From positions 1 to 29,972 of IMG/VR virus record IMGVR_UViG_3300026196_000019: 29,972 bases of DNA; one strand, given 5' to 3'. Numbering within the stretch: the first letter of the stretch is position 1; every line of letters begins with the position of its first letter. The position numbers and the translations under genes are program-made. Under the pieces are notes generated by a model, which saw nothing but the letters and a program-made list of their open reading frames with translations, was not told the origin of the DNA and did not search any database. This DNA is from a virus. Taxonomy: Duplodnaviria > Caudoviricetes. This document shows, one piece after another, positions 1 to 8,900 of the stretch.

Positions 1-3000
1 TTCTGATCACCCTGAACATAGTGCGTTTCGGCGGTGGTAGGGTCATACGCCAGCGTGCTTTTGTCCTTCGGGTTCCCCGGCGCATCCACATTGTAGAGGT
101 GTAGGGTCTTCCCGTTAATATCCCATGGGGCGTAATACTCCAAGGATTCAGCCGGTACGTTGTGACGCTTGGCTATGTCGGCGCGGGCGGCGGTGTCTAT
201 TTCTGGGGATACCGCTTCGGACATGGAATATCTGGAAGGGCGAATGGGAAGAGGGACTTCCCCTGAAAAAAATCTCTTTATGTCATTGATGACCCTGGTT
301 GCGGGAATGCCTTTGTCATACTTTCTCGAGAAAGACCGCGCTGGGGACAAATAATATTGGTCTTTAAGTTCTCCAAGCCCATCTTCAAGGTCAACAACAA
401 CCTCTCCTTTGTGCCGGTCTATAATCTTTCGGATAACTCGGTATTGCTCAGGGGTAGGCTCTTTGGCGATATCCATAGACCCGGAATTATCATCCATTCG
501 GATATACCCATAAGCCATGAGCTCTTTCATTCCCCGCGCCCCCCCGGCCTCGCGGTGATCGTAGGAGCGGGTTCCAGGTTCCCCGCCCTCGCTCTTTCCT
601 GACAGGTCTATCATGGAGCCATCTTTAGCAATATATCCAGCTTCCCTCAGATCGTTGGTCTTCCCAAGCTCTTTAATCCGCGCCCACTCAATATTCTTAA
701 AATCCTTCTTAGATTTAAGGGTCGTTTTTCTTTTTTCTACCGTCGCCTTGGCTTTTCGATAGGCCTTAACCCAATCCTCATTGACCAACTTCCCGTTTCT
801 TTTTTCAATTAATCCCTTTACGTCTTTACCGCCCCTGACATCGTACCCCATGGATTTCAAGGTTTTGTTCATGTTCGCCAAAACCTCTTTGGTAAGCGTT
901 TTCGTGTCTATAATCTTTATTGTGGCTTCGGACATCGTGTAGAGGGGCGTTGTCATTCCTCCGCCTATTGGGGGTTTTCCCCATTCCTTCCGGCTCATCT
1001 CCCAAGGTTCCTTCCCCTCCACCTTCCCGGCGTCGGGTGCTTCCCCCATCTTCGCCTTTGCGTTGTCAACTGACCGTTGGACCATATCAAGGTACGCCTG
1101 GTCACGTTTTTTCCCGTTGAACATCCCCGATTTCAGGATTTGTTCACCCTCTGCGATACTGTTCTTGATCTCTTGTATCTTAGCCGGGTCGGTTTCGACT
1201 TTATTCCCGGCGTCGGGTGTGGTGGGCTTTCCTTCAAGCGGTATCTCGGTCAACTTTCCGTCTTTGCCTGAGAAAGTGAGGGACTTGAAAACAACCTCTT
1301 TTCCTTCAAACGATTTATCCCCAATGTATTTCTTGCCTTCCCCTTTCTTGACATAGGCGATGGTAGCGTGTGGCTTATAATCAGGGTATGTGTCGGTGAC
1401 CTTCAGGTTATCGGCAATCTTTTTATTGAGAGCATGGAGTTCAGAGCTTTCGATATCCACCTTGACAACATCATAGGCATCGGATTCAAAAATAGACACC
1501 TTGCCCATTTTTGCGGTAATCGGCCCTTGGCCGGAAAGAAGTGGTTCAACCTCTTTAGGGTCCACGGTATCCAATCCGTATTTGACGGTTATGTGGGGTT
1601 CTTCTTCTCTTCCGTATGATGGGTCTTTCGGGTCTTCGTAAATTTCAGAATCAGGTATTTTCTTACCGAAGGATTGAAGGGCTTTAGATTCCTCTTTGGG
1701 GATGTCAACCTGTGTGCTGCTGAAGTCGTGAACCTGGCCCTCTGCCTTTTCCTTAACCTCTCCCCCCCATTCCCCGTTCTCGTCGATCCTCGCGCCCTTC
1801 GCTGCCTCTGGTGGGGGTTCTGGTGCCATGTTCTCGGGTGACGCGGCTGGTTGCTCGGGTTGCTCCCCTAACTGCTCTGTATTGCCAATCGTAGATTCGC
1901 CTATATACGGTATTGCGTCTTCGATACGACCACCAGGGAATTCAGCATCAAATAGCTCTGGGTTGGTTACGAGTTCCGCAAGAACAGCAGGGTCGTACTC
2001 TGCCATGCGTTGGGCTTGGGTTTCTCTGGCTAATTTTGAAGCATCTTCAAGAGCTTTTGCTTGTTCCTTTTGCGCCTTTGATACCCTGTCTTGGATACGC
2101 TTCTGCTCATCAGGCGTAAGGAATTGCGATTTTAGCAGGGATTCGTATGTGGTTTCGGTTTCTGGGTTAAGGATGTCTTGTGTGTATTCATTGATGGTGG
2201 TATTGCGTTTCAGTTTGTTTAGAGCGTCAATAGTTCTGTCTGCCGCTTTTTGGTCTTCTGGTCGAATTCCGGTTGTATCAATTTCACCTGATGCTTTTGC
2301 GAGCAGGCGTTCCTTTTTTATAGCTTTGGGGTCGGCTGGTGGGGGTGGGGTTGTTGTGTCTTCTGTCCCTTGTGTAACGTTCGGGACGGCACCACCTAAC
2401 CCAGCACCCATTAAGAAACCTTGAAGGCCACCTTCTATAGATGCTTCTTCTACTCCTTCCCAAATATCTTGTTCTGGATTAACAAACTTCTTGGTTTGAA
2501 TATTCTTTTCAAGGGCCTCATATCCACTTTGGGGCGTTTCTTGTAGTAGCTCTGCTCCACCTGCTGTAGCCATTTTCCTTGCGATTCCACCAGTGGCTTC
2601 ACCGCCCATTATTTTTCCTATATAATGACCGGATACGCTACCAAGCAACCCCGTCATTCCAAAAACCATCGCGCCAGATTTAATGGCCGCATGGTCGGCT
2701 ACAAGTTCACGGGATTTCTTTTCTCTTTCCTTGTCCGAAAGACCTTCGCCATCAAGTCCTGCCCATGCTGTTTGATATTCCTTTGTTTTAGACAGCACAT
2801 CAATGGGTGCTTTCTCAACGAGGTCATAAACGTCTTTTCCAGCTTCAAAACCAGCTACAGACCCTTCACCTATAAATCCTCCGATTACACCGGCTAAACC
2901 TTTAGATATAGTACCGCTATTTACCAAAGCAGATTTTAGCAAATTCCCTGTTATAGCGGCTCCGGTTCCCATTCCTACCGCCGTGCTAGGTGCGGATTCT

Positions 3001-3623
3001 AAAAAGCTACCCGCTATTTTTGCTGGGCTTTTCCAGGCGTCACCTTGGAATAGGCTTTTAAACTTTTCAATAGGTTCATCGGACCATGTTGCGCCAGTAT
3101 CCTTGGTATATTTTAACTGCTCTGCTTTTCTCATAGCAGGGGATAATTCTGATCTTGTCTTTTTCCCTCTTTCCTTATAGTAATTTTCGGTCCATTGACC
3201 CAATGCGTCTAAGGCGCCTTCTCCGCTTTCTGTGAATAGCCGGGTAGGGTCATAATTCCCCGCAATATCAATAGCCCTTCCAACACTTTCACCGAAAGCG
3301 TCTAAACCTAGAGCTAATTTTCTTGGGTAATCTCCGAATGTTGTTCCTGCATCATCAACAGGCGCAACAGGCTCAGTATCCACAGGAGCCGGGGCGTAAT
3401 TCGGAGGGTCCTGTTCAAATTCACCGAACGCTGGCGCTTGCTCTGGTTCTGGATCAGGTTCTTCGTCGAACAGGTAGTCGAAATCCCAACCATTGTACGC
3501 CCTGCCACCGTCAGTAGGGTCTTCGTTTTGAGAAGACTCTCCGCCAAAGAGGGAATCAAAATCATACCCGTTATATGAATCTTCCTGTGAGTTATCAAAT
3601 AAATAGTCGAAATCGTATGCCAC
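1..3623 (-). CDS. Giant internal-virion (ejection) / large polyvalent protein, 3'-partial (>1207 aa); not in the supplied ORF track
   Basis: Manual translation: GTG at 3623 with GAGGT RBS upstream, frame open to the window edge (MAYDFDYLFDNSQEDSYNGYDFDSLF...GDQ). Gly/Ala-rich hydrophobic stretches in the N-terminal third, followed by several globular modules. Lies after the nozzle and two internal-protein-like genes. Confidence 0.9.
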   Translation of the reverse strand, partial: MAYDFDYLFDNSQEDSYNGYDFDSLFGGESSQNEDPTDGGRAYNGWDFDYLFDEEPDPEPEQAPAFGEFEQDPPNYAPAPVDTEPVAPVDDAGTTFGDYPRKLALGLDAFGESVGRAIDIAGNYDPTRLFTESGEGALDALGQWTENYYKERGKKTRSELSPAMRKAEQLKYTKDTGATWSDEPIEKFKSLFQGDAWKSPAKIAGSFLESAPSTAVGMGTGAAITGNLLKSALVNSGTISKGLAGVIGGFIGEGSVAGFEAGKDVYDLVEKAPIDVLSKTKEYQTAWAGLDGEGLSDKEREKKSRELVADHAAIKSGAMVFGMTGLLGSVSGHYIGKIMGGEATGGIARKMATAGGAELLQETPQSGYEALEKNIQTKKFVNPEQDIWEGVEEASIEGGLQGFLMGAGLGGAVPNVTQGTEDTTTPPPPADPKAIKKERLLAKASGEIDTTGIRPEDQKAADRTIDALNKLKRNTTINEYTQDILNPETETTYESLLKSQFLTPDEQKRIQDRVSKAQKEQAKALEDASKLARETQAQRMAEYDPAVLAELVTNPELFDAEFPGGRIEDAIPYIGESTIGNTEQLGEQPEQPAASPENMAPEPPPEAAKGARIDENGEWGGEVKEKAEGQVHDFSSTQVDIPKEESKALQSFGKKIPDSEIYEDPKDPSYGREEEPHITVKYGLDTVDPKEVEPLLSGQGPITAKMGKVSIFESDAYDVVKVDIESSELHALNKKIADNLKVTDTYPDYKPHATIAYVKKGEGKKYIGDKSFEGKEVVFKSLTFSGKDGKLTEIPLEGKPTTPDAGNKVETDPAKIQEIKNSIAEGEQILKSGMFNGKKRDQAYLDMVQRSVDNAKAKMGEAPDAGKVEGKEPWEMSRKEWGKPPIGGGMTTPLYTMSEATIKIIDTKTLTKEVLANMNKTLKSMGYDVRGGKDVKGLIEKRNGKLVNEDWVKAYRKAKATVEKRKTTLKSKKDFKNIEWARIKELGKTNDLREAGYIAKDGSMIDLSGKSEGGEPGTRSYDHREAGGARGMKELMAYGYIRMDDNSGSMDIAKEPTPEQYRVIRKIIDRHKGEVVVDLEDGLGELKDQYYLSPARSFSRKYDKGIPATRVINDIKRFFSGEVPLPIRPSRYSMSEAVSPEIDTAARADIAKRHNVPAESLEYYAPWDINGKTLHLYNVDAPGNPKDKSTLAYDPTTAETHYVQGDQ
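193..935. repeat. Degenerate 32-bp in-frame direct repeat (193-224 and 904-935) flanking one protein module
   Basis: GTGTCTAT-N13-GCTTCGGACAT at both sites, 711 nt (237 codons) apart; encodes MSEAxxxxIDT twice. Confidence 0.6.
1024..1219. repeat. Exact 16-bp direct repeat (1024-1039 and 1204-1219)
   Basis: TTCCCGGCGTCGGGTG twice, exactly 180 nt apart and in frame (encodes PDAG linker). Confidence 0.85.
1236..1730 (-). other. 2H phosphoesterase (Acb1-like) domain inside the giant protein
   Basis: Two HxT motifs about 75 aa apart: GREEEPHITVKYGL (His at 1595) and YPDYKPHATIAYVK (His at 1370), with the intervening VSIF..DVVKVDIESSELHALN pattern. Confidence 0.85.
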
Positions 3624-3635
3624 TGAGCTACCTCA

Positions 3636-5093
3636 TCAATACCAGCCGTAGTCTCCGCCTTCATCCATATTGTAATTGTCTGGGGATAACCTTTTGTCCT
3701 GCCAACTTTGAGCCTCCGCCCATTTCATACGTTCTTCCATCATTCGCTCTTCTTCCATCTGCCGCATCAGTTCTTCGTCTTCTGAAGCCAGTTCGGGTTC
3801 GTAATCTGGCGCATCCGAAAAACCCTCTGGCGTCAACCCACGCCGTGCGCCCCAATCTGAATTCCAAGCGTCCTTTGCTGAGTTAAGCCCCTCGCTAGCA
3901 CTTCCATACACATCCTGTGCCAACCTACCAACATCTCCGAAACCCTTTCCCTCGTACCCAGTGTAAGGTTCACGAACGGGCTCTTGGGGCGTAGGAGCAA
4001 GCGTCTTTTCAGGGACATAACCCCCAACATCGTAATTTTCAGGGTACTGTATTTTGCCGGAAACGGGGCCGTACCCAGACGCCCCTGCTTCTTGCGGTTG
4101 GGGGTCTGGTTTTGTTTCGGTTGGTTGAGCATCAACGGTATCCATCCCGTCCATCATACCTGGGTCAGAACTTCCGTAAGAAGGCCCTTTTTTACCAAAC
4201 TCCCCTTTAGTCATATCGTACAGGTCGCCAGGAGAAACTACTTTACCCGTTTCCCATGTATTAAATTTTCCAGGTTTCGGTCGTTTCGCAATGTAATTTC
4301 CATCGTCAGTAGGTTCAAATATCCATTGTTTGGGGTTGTCAGGGTTTCCTCCGGTGATTGCGATGGTTCCTTTCTTAGCGTCCCCTGGTCTAGCTTCCCC
4401 AGTAACTTCTATGGTTCCACCACCGTATTTTTCAGTCTTCTTGCCTTTCTTATCATCCTTATTGAATTGTTTCAGGACTGATTCGGCAATGGCACGGCGA
4501 ACTGACCCTGTTTGTGGTTGCCTACCTAGTTGGGCGTCAAACGCTGAAACCCGGCCAAGCGCCTGCTGTACCACCCAATCGTTCTTTTCTTTGGCGGTCA
4601 TCTTCTTTGCTTGTTCTGTGTCGGCGTCCCAATTATCAGGGGTTTCCGCTAACCCACTGTCAATCTGTTTCCTTATATCCTCAGCGTTGGCCATGACTTC
4701 TTTGCGGTAAGCGGCTTTAGATTTTTTGCCACTTTCATCTTCCGCAACGATAGAATCACGGTACTCTTTTTCAGCCGCGGCGCGGGCCTTGGCTTGCTCC
4801 CTCTGCAAACCCTCAATGTACTTGAAGTAGTCAGAAGCCCCACTACCATATATACCATATACCTTCGGGGCCATGGGGCTACTATCATAAGACGCGCTCA
4901 TCATGGACATTGAGTTGGGTTGCACGGTGTATCCGCCCATCGTGTTGGCAGGTCCTACGCTCCCGGTTGTTGGGGTAGACTGAACGTATTTTCTGGCAAA
5001 CGCCCCCCAACCCTGCCGCGTCGGTGGTACGCCCTTCTTTTTGGCGTACTTGATATATGCTTCCAGCATTTGTTGTTCTTGGGGTGTTGCCAT
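3636..5093 (-). CDS. Putative internal virion protein (485 aa)
   Basis: Long ORF with AGGAG RBS; low-complexity, charged-helical and Gly/Pro/Tyr-rich; lies between nozzle and giant protein. Function inferred from position only. Confidence 0.7.
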   Translation of the reverse strand: MATPQEQQMLEAYIKYAKKKGVPPTRQGWGAFARKYVQSTPTTGSVGPANTMGGYTVQPNSMSMMSASYDSSPMAPKVYGIYGSGASDYFKYIEGLQREQAKARAAAEKEYRDSIVAEDESGKKSKAAYRKEVMANAEDIRKQIDSGLAETPDNWDADTEQAKKMTAKEKNDWVVQQALGRVSAFDAQLGRQPQTGSVRRAIAESVLKQFNKDDKKGKKTEKYGGGTIEVTGEARPGDAKKGTIAITGGNPDNPKQWIFEPTDDGNYIAKRPKPGKFNTWETGKVVSPGDLYDMTKGEFGKKGPSYGSSDPGMMDGMDTVDAQPTETKPDPQPQEAGASGYGPVSGKIQYPENYDVGGYVPEKTLAPTPQEPVREPYTGYEGKGFGDVGRLAQDVYGSASEGLNSAKDAWNSDWGARRGLTPEGFSDAPDYEPELASEDEELMRQMEEERMMEERMKWAEAQSWQDKRLSPDNYNMDEGGDYGWY

Positions 5094-5102
5094 GTTGGTC
5101 TC

Positions 5103-5942
5103 CTATACGATGTGCAATCTTCCAGATGCGTCTCGGTAATATCGTGACCCACCTATTGAGCTTTTTACAACAGGTGCGCTAGTTGTCCCGCCGGAAGAAT
5201 ATGATGGCTGTTTGGCGTATCTCTGCTCAAGAATTAGACGTGTGCGCTCGGCCTTTGCCGCGTTAGACGCATCAATCCTTGCTTGATTCTGTTGACTTAA
5301 CGCGTCTTGCCGTGCTTGTGCTTGCGCTGCCAAATTCGCAGCGTCCTGCGCCTTGTTATAATCAAATTGATTTTGGCTAAGTAAAAGCTGTGCGTCACGG
5401 TAGTCCGAATCCTCTTTTAACTTTGCTGCCGCCGCAACTTGTAAAGCCGTAAACTGTGACGAATTTTGATCCAAGTTCTGTTTAAATTGTGATCCAGATT
5501 GGTCCAATCCTCTATCAAATTGTGAACCAGATTGCGCCAACTGTTTTTCATTGAAAGCATTTGATATTTCAAGTTTCTTCTGCTCCAAAGCCCGGTCAAG
5601 GGCCGCTTGTTCTGAAGCATTCGTTACCCTCAATTTATCAAGCTCGTACTGCCGTTGAGCCATGTCCCATGCTTGGTCAGCTTGTGTTTTCGTTAATGCA
5701 AACTTTTCAGAGGTTAACCCGAAATCCCTGGCCGACTCAGCTTTTCTATTCTCTTCTGCGGTCTTAGTGAAATCGAATTGCTCCTTGGCACTTTTAGCCT
5801 GTAACCCCGCTGCGTATTTCTGACGCATCATGTCAGACACGGTAGTAGGGCTATTTCCAACCGCACCGTACTTCCCCCCCAATGACCGCGTGACGTTCTT
5901 TTCCATTGTTCCAGGGGTAAGCCCCCATCCAGATAGTGCCAT
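5103..5942 (-). CDS. Putative internal virion/ejection protein, coiled-coil (279 aa)
   Basis: Start moved from 6047 to ATG 5942 (MALSGWG), which follows AAGGAGGA and avoids overlap with the nozzle gene. Gln/Ala-rich helical protein with 11-aa repeats (QSGSQFDRGLD/QSGSQFKQNLD/QNSSQF). Confidence 0.75.
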   Translation of the reverse strand: MALSGWGLTPGTMEKNVTRSLGGKYGAVGNSPTTVSDMMRQKYAAGLQAKSAKEQFDFTKTAEENRKAESARDFGLTSEKFALTKTQADQAWDMAQRQYELDKLRVTNASEQAALDRALEQKKLEISNAFNEKQLAQSGSQFDRGLDQSGSQFKQNLDQNSSQFTALQVAAAAKLKEDSDYRDAQLLLSQNQFDYNKAQDAANLAAQAQARQDALSQQNQARIDASNAAKAERTRLILEQRYAKQPSYSSGGTTSAPVVKSSIGGSRYYRDASGRLHIV

Positions 5943-5952
5943 AATATCCTCC

Positions 5953-8900
5953 TTATTCCGGCCTCTGCGGCATGAAGTCAATGGTGAAACCGTACAGTTC
6001 CATCTCGGCCCCCAGCAGATCCGAATCAAATTCAAATGCGAACTCATCCCCTGTTTGCGTTACGTTCAAAGCTCCTGACACCATGCCGTATCCAGTGTTC
6101 TCCAAGGATATGTCACCAGCGTCAACACCCGTTGTTATCCCATCAGGGTACACCGTCACCCCGGCTACAGCACCGCTGGTCGTGTCGGCCTTGCCTTTTA
6201 TTTTAATCCTTCTCAAAGTGCTTGAATAATTTAGCGCGTCAGAGATAGTACCTTGAAGTGGAGATAAGGGAGACGTTTTAAACTTATGGGTTATCTTCGT
6301 CCCCGAATCGTCCGTGCCGGTGTTCGTCCTATAAACGTACCCCAGAAAACCTCCTGCGTACGTTAGGGATTCATTGGAAGACCCGATCACGTCAAGCCCG
6401 CAATTAGCCGCAGCCCCCCTCTGATAAAGGCCGTACCATTCGTCCGTCAGGTAGCCATACACCAGTTCCCTGTTCAATACCGATTGTGTGCCGCTTCCGC
6501 TCATGTTCATAGGCACCGCGAAATGTACCGTCTTTTCTTCATGGTCCACCCACGCGTATGACGTGTCTATGTATTCAGGCTCTATATACGGGCCGGATGA
6601 GGCGTTGAAATAATCCGATATCGGGTCGCTGATGTTTAGAATCGTCGAACCGTCCGTCATATATATTCCGTCAGCCGCCATGAAAATGGCCGACCTCACA
6701 CGAACCTGATCGTCGAATATCCTTACGCCACTGTCTATGGAAAGCAAAGCTTTTGGAGCAATCGCTCCAACCTTGTCAGACACTAGAACTGCTGTAAACT
6801 CTGCCGGGTTAATCCCCTCAAGAAAGTACGTCTGGTAAGGGTTCTTGGTTGACACTATCGCTGAAGTACCCAGCATGGTAATGGCGTTAACCTCTCCGCC
6901 GCCGAATATCGGAAGTGTCGCCCCAGAATAAGGGCCGTTAAGAATATGCGCGTACCCCTGCTGAGAATAGTCCAGCGTTCCAGCGCCTTCCGTCCCAGGC
7001 CACCACAAGGCGTTATTGTTATAATTGATAACCCCGTCATACTTGGGAATCGGGTCCGGTTTAGAAGCGAACGATACCTCCCAAACGTCCACGTCTGCGT
7101 CCAGCGCAACGCTCCATGACAACTGATACCAAAAATACGGGGTTCTAAGACCCCCAAGAACCGATTTAATTTCCCTGAACGAATCCCCGTCCCATTGAAT
7201 CATGCCCGTTTGGGCTAGAGAATCCGTTCCGTTGCTGGTTCCATCGACAAGCTCCCCTACGGATACCCACGAATCCCCGTCCCAGTATTTTACCGTGACA
7301 ACCGTTGCATCACTGTTTATGTGATCAGGGGCCATGCGGATAACAATCCCCTGCGCCCTTTCGTCGAAGCCGACATAAAGCTCTGAATCAGTAGCTAACG
7401 AATCCAGTGGCATGACGTTCGTATCGGTTCCGTCTGTCACCTCTGCGGTGTAATCTGCATATCCGGCACCCTGATCCAGAAGTACGCCAGAAGCCAGGAC
7501 TTGATAGCCGGACCACAGGTTCGCTATTTCTCCCATGTCTTCGCTGACGGTCACTTGGTAAATGTTGACGCCACTTGAAAGATTCCCGCTAGGAGTTAGC
7601 TTGTACCAATAAAGATCGTCACTTGTGCCAGGAAGAACTCTTGGGGTTTCACCCGAAGGACCCTTGTCCCATGACATTTCCCCGGATTGTGCCAAAGTCG
7701 CCGCGCTGATTATCGTACCGTCCACAAGGTTCCCAACAAGGTTCCAGGTGGAAGAACTACCCTGCCAGTAATAAACGGCCATGGTTTCCGTTTCGGAATT
7801 AGGCGTTCCATCTATATAAAAGTGTATCGCATTAACGGGCCTTCTGAACCCGACATAAACAGGGTCAAAGGTGGATGCCGGGTACGGAATGTATCGTGTC
7901 GTAAGGCTATTCCTTACTTCCTCATACCCGTCCGTTACACTCAACCCAGACGGAGGAACGGCTACGATGCTGGTAAGAGCGTCGAACTGTACTGTTTCAC
8001 CGAGAGGGGTAGAGTTGCACCCAAGGTACAGGCGAACATACGCAGTGGTCGCTGGCGATATGGCGGTTGCAGAATACTGTACCCACGTCCCCACTGTCGG
8101 TTCGTTGTTTTGCGTGGAAGCGGTTTCAAGAACAGTGCTACCAGCGTCCAAGAATTGCATTACGTGGGACGGGAACGGACCCCCAGAAGTGGTCGCAATC
8201 TGTACGTCGTCAAATTCAACTGGGTTTAGAAAGTCTGTAGAAGGAGCTTTCGCCCCCAGGTACAGGCGCACATAAGCACAAAGAACGGGAGTCGTTATGT
8301 TCTCTGAATACTGCGTCCATGTCGAATCCGCAGGGTTATTCTCCTGTGTGTCGAAGGTGGAAAGAACCGCTTTTGCAGCGTTAAGGTATTGTATCACATG
8401 GGACGGGTTGGTCTGGGGATACGCTTCGGATGTTGGGGCGATGGTTATGTCGTCGAATTCGACTTTTACACCAATCGACGAAGAGTTTGACGCCAAATAA
8501 ACCCGTATGTAACTAGTGGTTGCCGGAGTTGTAAATGTCTTCTGATATTGGGTCCATGTCGAGGCTGTTGGGCTGTATGTATCAGTTGCCGGTGTTGAAA
8601 TTAACGCGTCACCTGAAGTATATGCTTCAACGGTTATTGCCGGTGTACCAGAGATGTACGTTACATGAAGCTCCGCTTTATCGCTTGGGCTATACCCAAA
8701 GTCATCGGCCCATCTAATTGCGCCTGTGTCGCTCGAATTATCCTTTGCAACCCAAGTTGCGGCATTGCCAGAAGACCATCCAGACCTTGATGTCACGGTC
8801 TGCAATATGGAGGAGATGTCATCAGTGTCATATTGGGTGTCCGCAGTTTGTGTTGGAACAGCGTCCTGGGCTACAGCAGACGTAAGACTAAGAGCTTCAC

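Noticed and set aside
1-3313. Apparent gene-free region suggesting stop-codon recoding or non-coding DNA
   Set aside because: It is one open minus-strand frame that was not called because its stop lies outside the window. TAA, TAG and TGA all terminate genes normally elsewhere.
3314-3664. 116-aa minus-strand ORF
   Set aside because: Alternative frame overlapping the start of the giant gene (GTG 3623), which has an RBS and stays open for more than 1200 codons.
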